A stretch of 36,662 nt of DNA from Fidelibacterota bacterium (GTDB lineage Bacteria > Fidelibacterota > Marinisomatia > Marinisomatales > Marinisomataceae). The position numbers and the translations under genes are program-made. Below the pieces are notes generated by a model. That model was given only the letters and a program-made list of their open reading frames with translations. It did no database searches and was not told where the DNA came from. Positions 10,751 to 19,058 of this stretch are shown in pieces. The stretch lies in contig JAYZKH010000020.1 in the NCBI GenBank assembly GCA_036163585.1, positions 1 to 36,662 on the forward strand. The letters run 5' to 3'. Every line of letters starts with the position of its first letter. Position 1 is the first letter of the stretch.

Positions 10751-11953
10751 ATGAATGTAGAAGATATTCGCAAAGAATTCCCAATTCTTAATCAAAAAAA
10801 TCGTGGTAAAAAATTAATCTATTTTGATAGTGCTGCTACAAGTTTAAAACCTATATCGGTAATTGAAACAGAAATGCAGTTCTATAAAGAATATGGTGCA
10901 AGTATTCATAGAAGTGTCTATGAATTGGGTGAAAAAGCAACAAATGCATTTGAAAATACAAGAAAAAAAGTTGCTGAGTTTATCGGATCAGAGTCTGTTC
11001 AGTCAATTGTCTTTACAAAAAGTGCAACTGAATCAATTAATCTTGTTGCTGATGCATGGGGATTTGAAAATTTAAAAAAAGAGGATGTTATTCTACTTAC
11101 TGATATGGAACATCATTCTAATATTGTTCCTTGGCAAATTATTAGTGAAAAAACAGGTGCTACAATTCAATATATTAAATCAAATCCAAACGGAACACTT
11201 GATTTAGAAGACTTTGAGAATGCTTTAAATGAAAATGTAAAAATGGTAAGCATTACTCATACATCAAATGTATTTGGAACAATTAATCCAATAAAAGATA
11301 TTGTTAAAAAAGCACATGATCACGGTGCTCTAGTGATGGTAGATGGATGCCAAAGCACTCCACACATTAAAATAAATGTTACAGATTTGGATTGTGATTT
11401 TTTTGCATTTTCAGGTCATAAAATGTTTGGACCAACAGGTGTTGGTGTTTTATATGCGAAAAAAGAAATTTTAGAAAAAATGCCTCCATATCAAACTGGT
11501 GGTGGAATGATCGAAGATGTAACAATGGAAAAATCTACTTGGACTACTATTCCACATAAATTTGAACCTGGTTCACCAGTATCTGCACAAGTTATTGGAT
11601 TAGGAGGTGCAATTGACTTTTTCAATACAATCAATCACGATTATATCGAAGAATTAACATTATATGGATTAAACAAAATGAATGATATTAATGGGATAAC
11701 TATTTATGGGAATGCTCCACAAAGAGTTCCAATTATTAGTTTCAATATTGAAAACATTCACTCTCTTGATATTGCACAATTCCTTGATTATGAGGGAATT
11801 GCTGTAAGATCAGGTCATCATTGTTGCAAACCGCTAATGAATAAATTAGGGATATCATCATGTGTAAGAATTAGTTTCCATATATATAATGATAAAGAAG
11901 AGATTGATACTTTTATTGAAAAACTCAATAAATCAATTGAAACTTTGAGCTAA
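10751..11953 (+). CDS. sufS: Cysteine desulfurase SufS (group II, PLP-dependent)
   Basis: 400 aa. PLP-lysine region FAFSGHKMFGPTGVGVLY and active-site loop RSGHHCCKPL. The ATG directly abuts the sufT stop (TAAATG). Confidence 0.85.
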   Translation: MNVEDIRKEFPILNQKNRGKKLIYFDSAATSLKPISVIETEMQFYKEYGASIHRSVYELGEKATNAFENTRKKVAEFIGSESVQSIVFTKSATESINLVADAWGFENLKKEDVILLTDMEHHSNIVPWQIISEKTGATIQYIKSNPNGTLDLEDFENALNENVKMVSITHTSNVFGTINPIKDIVKKAHDHGALVMVDGCQSTPHIKINVTDLDCDFFAFSGHKMFGPTGVGVLYAKKEILEKMPPYQTGGGMIEDVTMEKSTWTTIPHKFEPGSPVSAQVIGLGGAIDFFNTINHDYIEELTLYGLNKMNDINGITIYGNAPQRVPIISFNIENIHSLDIAQFLDYEGIAVRSGHHCCKPLMNKLGISSCVRISFHIYNDKEEIDTFIEKLNKSIETLS

Positions 11954-13809
11954 GAAATATTCTCTGCTACAATATCTGCAACATCTTTTACTTCTATTTT
12001 ATCTTGATCAGCTGGAGTTAATGGACCAATGCCCTGGTTCATCATTCCATAACAAAAATTACATCCGGTAACAACAGTATCTGCTTTTGAATCAATGACC
12101 TGTTCAGCACGTAATAAATGGGTACGCCCTTCACCTGCATCTTTTTTCCACCAAAGTGCTCCACCTGCTCCACAACATAATGTTTCTTTACCGCTTTCAT
12201 CTAATTCAAAAAATTCTGGTGCTGCAGCTTTAATTGCATTTCTAGGTCCATCAACTTCGTCAAGAGTTCTAGATAAATTACAAGGATCGTGATATGTAAC
12301 TTTTTCTAAACTTCCAGGATTAATATTAATTTTTCCCTGTTCTAATAATTCATTAATTACTTGAGTATGATGTTTCACCTCATACTTGATATCGTGATAC
12401 TTGCTATATTCTTTTTGTAAATTGACAACACAATGTGGACACATTGTAGTTACTTTTTTTACTTTATTTAATTCTTCTACATTATTATCCATTAACATTT
12501 GATAGGTTAATTTATCTCCTAGTTTATTTGCTGGATCTCCAGAACACTGTTCATTGCTAAGCACTCCATATGTGACACCAGCAGAATCAAGAATTTTAGT
12601 AAAATTCTCAACTGATTTAACAAAATTTGGATCCATGGCATGTTTTGCAAAACAACCTAACCATAATACAAGTTCTTTATCTGGTGTATATTCGGGCATT
12701 CGTTGAAGTAGCTCACTAGATGATGCTCCTTCTGTGTTACCTGTTTCTTGTAAATTTCTAAGTAATTTTTGGTATTCTTGAGGTACATCACCTTCAACCA
12801 TCACCTGAAAACTTCTAATTTCATCTGCTTTTTCAACATGATTACCTACAGGACAAACTTCAGTACATGCTTGACATGTTGTACATTCCCAACCAGCTTC
12901 AACATTGATTTTATCTACAACATTTACATCATTTGATTCAAGCATTGGATCTTTCAGGTCTAATATAAAATGATATTTAGGGTTAAGAATCCCTCCACCT
13001 CTATTTGCAGGACAAACATCAGTACATCTTCCACATTCTACACATGTAAAAATATCCAAAGCTTGATCTTTACTCAATTTTGATAGATCTAACAATAATT
13101 CATCTAATTCTTCTTCTGAAGCTTCTAAATCAATCGGAATTGGTGGATGACTTGGTACTTCAAAAGGTCTTAAAAAAATATTAAATGGTGACAAAACTAG
13201 ATGCATATGTTTTGATTTTGGAATTAAAAATAAAAATCCTCCAATAACACCTGAATGCAACCACCAATTAATTTTGGAACCAAGATTATTCATAAATGGA
13301 TTTAAATGATGAATTTCATCAATTAAATATGTAATCATCAGTGTTGTGATAAATACAGTGACCAATGCTGATGTAGAAGAAAACTTGCCTAGTGCCTCAG
13401 GTTTGATAATAAATCTTCGATAAGCTAAGCCTAAGATACCTATTATGCATAATATTGCCCATGGAGCACCAAAAAAATAAAAATAATTTTTTCGGAGAGT
13501 GTCAGTAAAAATATATAGATCAAATGCTGATAAAAAATGATTGATGGTTATTAATCCAAAGAAAATAAATCCATACATAACAAATGCATGAAGAATACCA
13601 GCAGATTTTCTCTTGCCACTCGCTACTTTTTTGTGAAGAATAACTTCATCAAAAACTCTTACAAGCCTCTTTGGCAAATCTTCAATACTAAAATCTAATT
13701 TACCTTTTAAAACGATATTCAAACGCAAAAGAAGCTGATAAAGAAAAAACGATATACCAGACAGCAAAAAAACTGCTAGAACTAGCTGTTCAATAATATG
13801 AAATTTCAT
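11950..13809 (-). CDS. Membrane-anchored Fe-S oxidoreductase (polytopic N-terminal domain fused to a HdrD/DsrK/GlcF-like 2x[4Fe-4S] + CCG domain); candidate ETF:quinone oxidoreductase
   Basis: 619 aa. The first 200 aa or so are hydrophobic, with several predicted helices and conserved His residues. Two ferredoxin motifs follow (CVECGRCTDVCP, CTTCQACTEVCP), then Cys-rich CCG-type repeats (GCFAKH..., PCNL, CCGAGG). Lies immediately downstream of etfBA. Confidence 0.7.
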   Translation of the reverse strand: MKFHIIEQLVLAVFLLSGISFFLYQLLLRLNIVLKGKLDFSIEDLPKRLVRVFDEVILHKKVASGKRKSAGILHAFVMYGFIFFGLITINHFLSAFDLYIFTDTLRKNYFYFFGAPWAILCIIGILGLAYRRFIIKPEALGKFSSTSALVTVFITTLMITYLIDEIHHLNPFMNNLGSKINWWLHSGVIGGFLFLIPKSKHMHLVLSPFNIFLRPFEVPSHPPIPIDLEASEEELDELLLDLSKLSKDQALDIFTCVECGRCTDVCPANRGGGILNPKYHFILDLKDPMLESNDVNVVDKINVEAGWECTTCQACTEVCPVGNHVEKADEIRSFQVMVEGDVPQEYQKLLRNLQETGNTEGASSSELLQRMPEYTPDKELVLWLGCFAKHAMDPNFVKSVENFTKILDSAGVTYGVLSNEQCSGDPANKLGDKLTYQMLMDNNVEELNKVKKVTTMCPHCVVNLQKEYSKYHDIKYEVKHHTQVINELLEQGKININPGSLEKVTYHDPCNLSRTLDEVDGPRNAIKAAAPEFFELDESGKETLCCGAGGALWWKKDAGEGRTHLLRAEQVIDSKADTVVTGCNFCYGMMNQGIGPLTPADQDKIEVKDVADIVAENIS

Positions 13810-13818
13810 CTTAGCTTG

Positions 13819-14784
13819 TTATTTCTGAATTTCTTCAGTGAGTTTTGGAACAATTTCCATTAAATCACCTATGACTGCATAATCTGCAATCTCAAATATT
13901 GGAGCATCCTCATCTTTATTAATTGCCATAATTGTTTTTGACCCTTTCATCCCAACAACATGTTGGATTGCCCCCGAAATACCAACAGAAAGATATAATT
14001 TTGGAGAGACCGCTTGACCAGAACTCCCAATTTGTCTATAAGGTGGTAACCAACCCATATCTACCACAGGTCTTGAAGAAGCAATCTCTGCATTCATAGC
14101 TGATGCTAATGATTCGACTAAAGGTAAATTATCTTGGCTATCAATTCCTCGTCCTACAGAAACAATTAATTCAGCAGTTGTTAAATCTACTCCTGAAGCA
14201 GATTCTTGAAATTCTGCTTCACTCTCTGATTTAATATCACTCCCATCAAGATTGACTGAAAAATCTGATTGATTTTCTGATCCACCGCTTTCAATATCAT
14301 CAGAAGAAAATGCTGCAGATTGAAAACTTAAAAGTACTGTATCTGAATCTGCTTTAACTTTTGTCGCAAGCTTTGCATTAAAGACTTGTCTTGAAAAAAT
14401 TGGAGAATCACCATCATATTCTACTGCAATAATATCACTGACAAATGGAATATTAAGTTTTGCACTTACTCTAGGTAAAAAGTCACGTACCATATAAGAA
14501 TGTCCCATTACCACATATTTTGGTGAAAGCTCGGATATTACTTGAGATAATGCTTTAGAATAACCATCTGCAGAATAAGAATTAATTAAGTCATGTTGAG
14601 CTAAAATTAAATTTTTTGCTCTATAATCAGAAGATTGTTCTCTTAAAGAGTTAGCATTTTCTCCTAAACATAAAATAGACAAATCTAAACCAAGTTTTGC
14701 AGCTAATTGTTGTCCTGCAACAACTGCTTCTTGGCTAAAAGCATGAATATTTCCTCTTTGATTTTCTAATACAACAAGTATCAT
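13819..14784 (-). CDS. etfA: Electron transfer flavoprotein, alpha subunit
   Basis: 321 aa. C-terminal FAD-binding region SRPVVDMGWLPPYRQIGSSGQAVSPKLYLSVGISGAIQH. The start shares 1 nt with the etfB stop (TAATG). Confidence 0.85.
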   Translation of the reverse strand: MILVVLENQRGNIHAFSQEAVVAGQQLAAKLGLDLSILCLGENANSLREQSSDYRAKNLILAQHDLINSYSADGYSKALSQVISELSPKYVVMGHSYMVRDFLPRVSAKLNIPFVSDIIAVEYDGDSPIFSRQVFNAKLATKVKADSDTVLLSFQSAAFSSDDIESGGSENQSDFSVNLDGSDIKSESEAEFQESASGVDLTTAELIVSVGRGIDSQDNLPLVESLASAMNAEIASSRPVVDMGWLPPYRQIGSSGQAVSPKLYLSVGISGAIQHVVGMKGSKTIMAINKDEDAPIFEIADYAVIGDLMEIVPKLTEEIQK

Positions 14785-15551
14785 TAAATAACCTTTAAAG
14801 TATTTTTTAATATATCTACCATTCTCGAAACAATAGAATCAACATCGCCTTCAATTCTTTCTGTGACTTTTTCAGTTTTTGGAATAAATAATTGAATAAA
14901 TTTTTGTTTACTATCACCTGATGGGCTTGCATTAAGAGACTTAACATCTTTTCTTTTAGCTCCCATAATCCCTTTTAAGGAAGGATATCTAGGTTCGTTA
15001 ATTCCAGATTGAATAGAAACACTAGCTGGAAATGGTAAAGTTACCCATTGAAACCATCCTGATTCTAATTCACGTTTAACTTTGATTTTACCATCTTCTA
15101 TCTTTGTTTCAATGCCAAGAGTAGCTGTAGACATACCTAATAATTCTCCAATAAGAACACCTGTTTGCCCTGATCCTAAATCATCTGACTGTAAACCAGA
15201 AAAAACTAGGTCAAAAGATTCATCTTGAAGATGATCAGAAAAAGTTTTTGCAATAGATAGAGGATCTGTGTCCATATTATTATTATTAATAAAAATTCCT
15301 CTATCAGCACCTTTTGCTAAACCATCTTTTAAAACTTTTGATGTATTAGTTTCATTTCCCATTATTACAACTACAACTTCTGTATCATCATTTAACTGTT
15401 CTTTGATTTGAAGAGCTTCTTCCAGTGCATATGAATCACTTTCATTTACAACAAAATTCACGACAGATTCATCAATCCAATCTCCAGATGAATTCACACG
15501 AATACTTGATTCGTAACTTGGTATTGCTTTTGTTAATACAGCTATTTTCAT
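14784..15551 (-). CDS. etfB: Electron transfer flavoprotein, beta subunit
   Basis: 255 aa with typical EtfB layout (MKIAVLTK..., ...DLVFSGLQSDDLGSGQTGVLIGELLG..., PRYPSLKGIMGAKRK). Confidence 0.85.
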   Translation of the reverse strand: MKIAVLTKAIPSYESSIRVNSSGDWIDESVVNFVVNESDSYALEEALQIKEQLNDDTEVVVVIMGNETNTSKVLKDGLAKGADRGIFINNNNMDTDPLSIAKTFSDHLQDESFDLVFSGLQSDDLGSGQTGVLIGELLGMSTATLGIETKIEDGKIKVKRELESGWFQWVTLPFPASVSIQSGINEPRYPSLKGIMGAKRKDVKSLNASPSGDSKQKFIQLFIPKTEKVTERIEGDVDSIVSRMVDILKNTLKVI

Positions 15552-15643
15552 TGTTTTCTCAAAAACCGACTACTCAGTCTAATTATCAATATAATTCTAT
15601 TCATAAAAGGAAGCAAAAGAAAAAATGATCTCTAATAATAAAA

Positions 15644-15706
15644 CAGGCTATAAAGGAAAGTTGATAGCGGGGGAATTCTTTCAATCTTTCAAGATTTTAT
15701 AGCCTG
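15644..15706 (-). terminator. Candidate intrinsic terminator / structured RNA element downstream of the 15773..16177 gene
   Basis: Perfect 11-bp inverted repeat: CAGGCTATAAA (15644-15654) and TTTATAGCCTG (15696-15706). The 41-nt interior can itself partly pair (GAAAGTTGA / TCAATCTTTC). On the minus strand the stem is followed by a T-rich tract (TTTTATTATT). Atypically long loop for a terminator. Confidence 0.4.
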
Positions 15707-15772
15707 AAAAAAATCTTGCGGTTCGATTAATTTAGTATGAAGTGTAATGAATAGTAAAGAGAAATCGAGTGT

Positions 15773-16177
15773 TTAATCTTGTTCTTCGTCGGTGGCAAAT
15801 TTAGTCCAGTCACTAGAGACAGCTGATTCATCAATAGAATCTTTTGTTTCTGAATCGGAATTATCAAATTTTTTGTCTTCTTCATAAATATTTAGACTAT
15901 CTTTTTTAACTTCGTACTTATCTAAGTCTAAATCTTCGTCTTGAGTGTCTAAGCTTTCTTTATCTTGATTGTATAGATCTAAGTCAAAAAAATCTAGATT
16001 TTCAACATGGCCATTCTCCATCAAATATTCAAGAAATGGCAAAAATGCTCTTTGTTTCAAATTAGACTTACAAAGAGGACATTTTAGTTTCTTTCCAATA
16101 TCAGAAACTCTTATTTCCTCATCACAACATGGACTTAAAACTTCGTCGATCTGTCCCAAATTTGGTATTTCACTCAT
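15773..16177 (-). CDS. Hypothetical small protein: N-terminal 4-Cys zinc-ribbon-like motif plus a strongly acidic tail
   Basis: 134 aa. Contains CC-x14-CPLC (SPCCDEEIRVSDIGKKLKCPLCKSNL). The C-terminal 70 aa or so are dominated by D/E/K/S. No family recognised. Coding status rests on ORF length in AT-rich DNA and its fit into the gene string. Confidence 0.55.
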   Translation of the reverse strand: MSEIPNLGQIDEVLSPCCDEEIRVSDIGKKLKCPLCKSNLKQRAFLPFLEYLMENGHVENLDFFDLDLYNQDKESLDTQDEDLDLDKYEVKKDSLNIYEEDKKFDNSDSETKDSIDESAVSSDWTKFATDEEQD

Positions 16178-16209
16178 AGAGGTGAAAATATTAGATGTTC
16201 TTCACCGAG

Positions 16210-16965
16210 TCAACAAGTTTTATAAATATTATATAATCTGTCTTTTTCTTGTTCTGAAAGAGACTTTCCTCTTCTGGACATTGCTTTTGTGGCAGTTTCA
16301 CAAAAATCATCAAATGATATTTTTATAATTTTCCCCTTATAATAAAGAGAAAATGGTGGGATATTTCGAGGTGGGAATGACTGTGATACGATATTAGAAC
16401 CCATACCAATCACGGTTCCTGTATTTAAATTAGTACCAATTGCTGTCTTCACATGATCTCCAATTACTGAACCAAAAAAGATAGATCCTGTATTAACTAA
16501 ATCTTCACCCCATTTTACACTAACATTAGAATAGTTATTTTTTAAGTTACTTGTAGTCGTACCTGCTCCAAGATTGACCCAAGAACCAACAAAACTGTGG
16601 CCTAAAAATCCTTCATGAGCTTTATTGGAATAAGGTTGAAATATAGAAGAATGCACTTCTCCAGATATTTTGCAATCATGATTAATAATAGAATTGGAAA
16701 TAGTAGAATGAGACTTAATAAGACAATTTTTTCCAACAAATAGTGGTCCATTTAGAACAGTAAATGGTTGAATATCTACATTATCATTTATAATTACTGG
16801 TCCATTTTCTTCATTAATAATGACATTTTTGTACTCTTTAAAATCACTGGAATGTCCTGTAAAAAGATTTGATATATTACTGATAAAATCCCAAGGGAAC
16901 TGCATATCATCAAATGATGTATCAGTTTTATCAAATAAAATAATCTCTGATATAGAATTTGTCAT
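16210..16965 (-). CDS. Left-handed beta-helix (hexapeptide-repeat) protein resembling the C-terminal half of the putative sugar nucleotidyltransferase family (GlmU-like, Bacteroidota type)
   Basis: 251 aa. SGEVHSSIFQPYSNKAHEGFLGHSFVGSWVNLGAGTTTSNLKNNYSNVSVKW and GDHVKTAIGTNLNTGTVIGMGSNI are hexapeptide-repeat turns. There is no GxGxR nucleotide-binding N-terminal domain. ATGA overlap with the upstream gene. Confidence 0.6.
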   Translation of the reverse strand: MTNSISEIILFDKTDTSFDDMQFPWDFISNISNLFTGHSSDFKEYKNVIINEENGPVIINDNVDIQPFTVLNGPLFVGKNCLIKSHSTISNSIINHDCKISGEVHSSIFQPYSNKAHEGFLGHSFVGSWVNLGAGTTTSNLKNNYSNVSVKWGEDLVNTGSIFFGSVIGDHVKTAIGTNLNTGTVIGMGSNIVSQSFPPRNIPPFSLYYKGKIIKISFDDFCETATKAMSRRGKSLSEQEKDRLYNIYKTC

Positions 16966-17489
16966 TTTTTTATAAACTTACCAATCATATCAAATGTTCC
17001 GCTTAAATCTTTTTGATAACTTCTATCAAGTATAACATTATAATATTTTTTTGAATTATCATAATTAAAACCCATTCTTACTTCGGAATTACATGCTCGC
17101 ACTAAAAAAGATGAAAATGGACTGAAAGTAATATTTAAATCAATCATATTCTGGTAATTATCTTTCTTAATTATATCAATAAACCATTCATTAGGCAATC
17201 CTAATGAATCAACATCTTTATAACTATATAATTTTGAACATTTTTGTAATTTATCAGAATAAAATTGAGCTAATGAATCTTTCAATAAGAAAACAGTTTT
17301 ATCTGCTGTTTCAGGACTAATCTCATCTAAAATCAATTCGGCAAAATCAAATGCAATAGCTGTATCAGGCAATAGTATCATAATAGAACCCAATTGTTCT
17401 TCAGTATAGTTGAAGGATTTTTGAATATCTTGAAAATGTTTTTTACATTTTAACCAATAAATTAGTTTTTGAATTCGAGAATATTCCAT
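16962..17489 (-). CDS. Hypothetical protein (175 aa), no family recognised with confidence
   Basis: Long ORF in AT-rich DNA, translationally coupled (ATGA) to the downstream beta-helix gene. No catalytic motifs seen. Confidence 0.5.
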   Translation of the reverse strand: MEYSRIQKLIYWLKCKKHFQDIQKSFNYTEEQLGSIMILLPDTAIAFDFAELILDEISPETADKTVFLLKDSLAQFYSDKLQKCSKLYSYKDVDSLGLPNEWFIDIIKKDNYQNMIDLNITFSPFSSFLVRACNSEVRMGFNYDNSKKYYNVILDRSYQKDLSGTFDMIGKFIKK

Positions 17490-17519
17490 GTTTCTAATTT
17501 TAGGATTAAATTAACCATT

Positions 17520-18998
17520 ATGTCGAAAAAAAAGATAGGTAATTTCCCGTTTACACAAGGTATATATAAAGACATGTATCGCACAAAACTTTGGACGATG
17601 AGACAATATGCTGGGTTTTCATCTGTAAATGAATCAAATCAACGTTTTTTATCTTTATTAGATAGCGGTGTTAGTGGATTATCTGTTGCATTTGATTTAC
17701 CTACTCAAATTGGTTATGATTCAGATCATGAAATGTCTGTTGGTGAAATTGGGAAATCAGGGGTACCAATTTCGACAATTGATGATATGAAATTATTGTT
17801 TGATAAAATCAATTTGGAAAATGTATCAGTTTCAATGACTATTAATTCAACTGCTCCTATTCTATTGGCATTTTATATAGCATTAGCAGAAGAGAAAGGA
17901 TATAAACTAGAAAATCTCAGAGGAACTATACAAAATGATATATTAAAAGAATATATTGCTAGAGGAACATATATTTTCCCAATTGGGCCATCTTTAAGGC
18001 TCGCTACTGATATATTTGAATATTGTCAATCTATGCTACCTAAATGGAATTCAATATCTGTATCGGGGTATCATATTAGAGAAGCAGGAAGTACAGCAAT
18101 TCAAGAACTAGCATTTACTTTTGCTAATGCGATTACATATGTTAATCATGCAAAAAATAGAGGGATTAATATAGAAAAACTAACAACACAGATGTCATTT
18201 TTCTTTAATTCACATCGCAATTTTTTTGAAGAAGTAGCAAAATTTCGAGCTGCAAGAGAAATTTGGGCAAAAATAGTGAAAAATGAATTTGGAATAGAAA
18301 ATCCTGCATCTCAATTATGTAGATTTCATGTACAAACTGGCGGATCAACATTAACAGCTCAACAAATTGACAATAATGTTGTAAGAACTACATTAGAGGC
18401 ACTCTCAGCAGTATTGGGGGGTGCACAATCAATCCATACTAATGCTAAAGATGAAGCAATTAGTTTGCCATCAGAAAAAAATGCTTTATTAGCATTAAGA
18501 ACACAACAAATTATTGCACATGAAACCAATATTACAGACTTTGTTGACCCGATTGGAGATAGTAGTATTATTTCTGATATGACAAATGATATGGTGAAAA
18601 AAGTTTTGGACAAAATTGATGATATCAATGAAAAAGGAGGCATGGAATACTTAATTGATACAGGAGAGATAGAAGAAGAAATATCAAATTCTTCAATTGA
18701 ATTCCAAAATAAACTTGATAATAAAGAAGAAATACTTATAGGAGTAAATGAATTTGTCAATGAAGAGAAAATTGATTTAACTACATCTGAAAAAAAAGAT
18801 GGAAATAGAGTTGATTCATTAATTCAGTTTAGAAAAAATCGTGATGAAGAAAAAGTTGCTCATGCTCTACTTATCTTAGAAGAAAAAGCAAGATTAAAAG
18901 AAAATTTAATTCCATATATGGTTGAATGTGCAAAAAATAAGTGTACTCTTGGTGAAATTTCAGATACTTTAAGAAAAGTTTTTGGAGAATATTCGTAA
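17520..18998 (+). CDS. Methylmalonyl-CoA mutase family protein, catalytic (substrate-binding TIM-barrel) domain only
   Basis: FPFTQGIYKDMYRTKLWTMRQYAGFSS, GLSVAFDLPTQIGYDSD, SVSGYHIREAGSTAIQELAFTFAN and HVQTGGSTLTAQQ match the mutase large-subunit N-terminal domain. The ORF ends before any B12-binding DxHxxG domain. I prefer ATG 17520 (MSKKKIGNFPF...) over the track start at 17469, which overlaps the divergent gene. Confidence 0.8.
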   Translation: MSKKKIGNFPFTQGIYKDMYRTKLWTMRQYAGFSSVNESNQRFLSLLDSGVSGLSVAFDLPTQIGYDSDHEMSVGEIGKSGVPISTIDDMKLLFDKINLENVSVSMTINSTAPILLAFYIALAEEKGYKLENLRGTIQNDILKEYIARGTYIFPIGPSLRLATDIFEYCQSMLPKWNSISVSGYHIREAGSTAIQELAFTFANAITYVNHAKNRGINIEKLTTQMSFFFNSHRNFFEEVAKFRAAREIWAKIVKNEFGIENPASQLCRFHVQTGGSTLTAQQIDNNVVRTTLEALSAVLGGAQSIHTNAKDEAISLPSEKNALLALRTQQIIAHETNITDFVDPIGDSSIISDMTNDMVKKVLDKIDDINEKGGMEYLIDTGEIEEEISNSSIEFQNKLDNKEEILIGVNEFVNEEKIDLTTSEKKDGNRVDSLIQFRKNRDEEKVAHALLILEEKARLKENLIPYMVECAKNKCTLGEISDTLRKVFGEYS

Positions 18999-19058
18999 TA
19001 AAAAAACAGGAACATTACATAAAAAAATTAATTAATATTATATAGAAAAAATTGAAAT

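Noticed and set aside
15969-16328. 119-aa plus-strand ORF spanning the junction of two minus-strand genes
   Set aside because: It overlaps two better-supported minus-strand CDS and the short spacer between them. The sequence is hydrophobic and low-complexity with no recognisable motif. Most likely a shadow ORF.
18359-18760. 133-aa antisense ORF inside the methylmalonyl-CoA mutase gene
   Set aside because: The product is low-complexity (Ser/Ile/Leu-rich). The ORF lies in the antisense frame where stops arise only opposite xxT-TAy, xxC-TAy or xxT-CAx codon junctions of the sense gene, so long open stretches are expected there. The sense strand has strong homology. No start context supports it.
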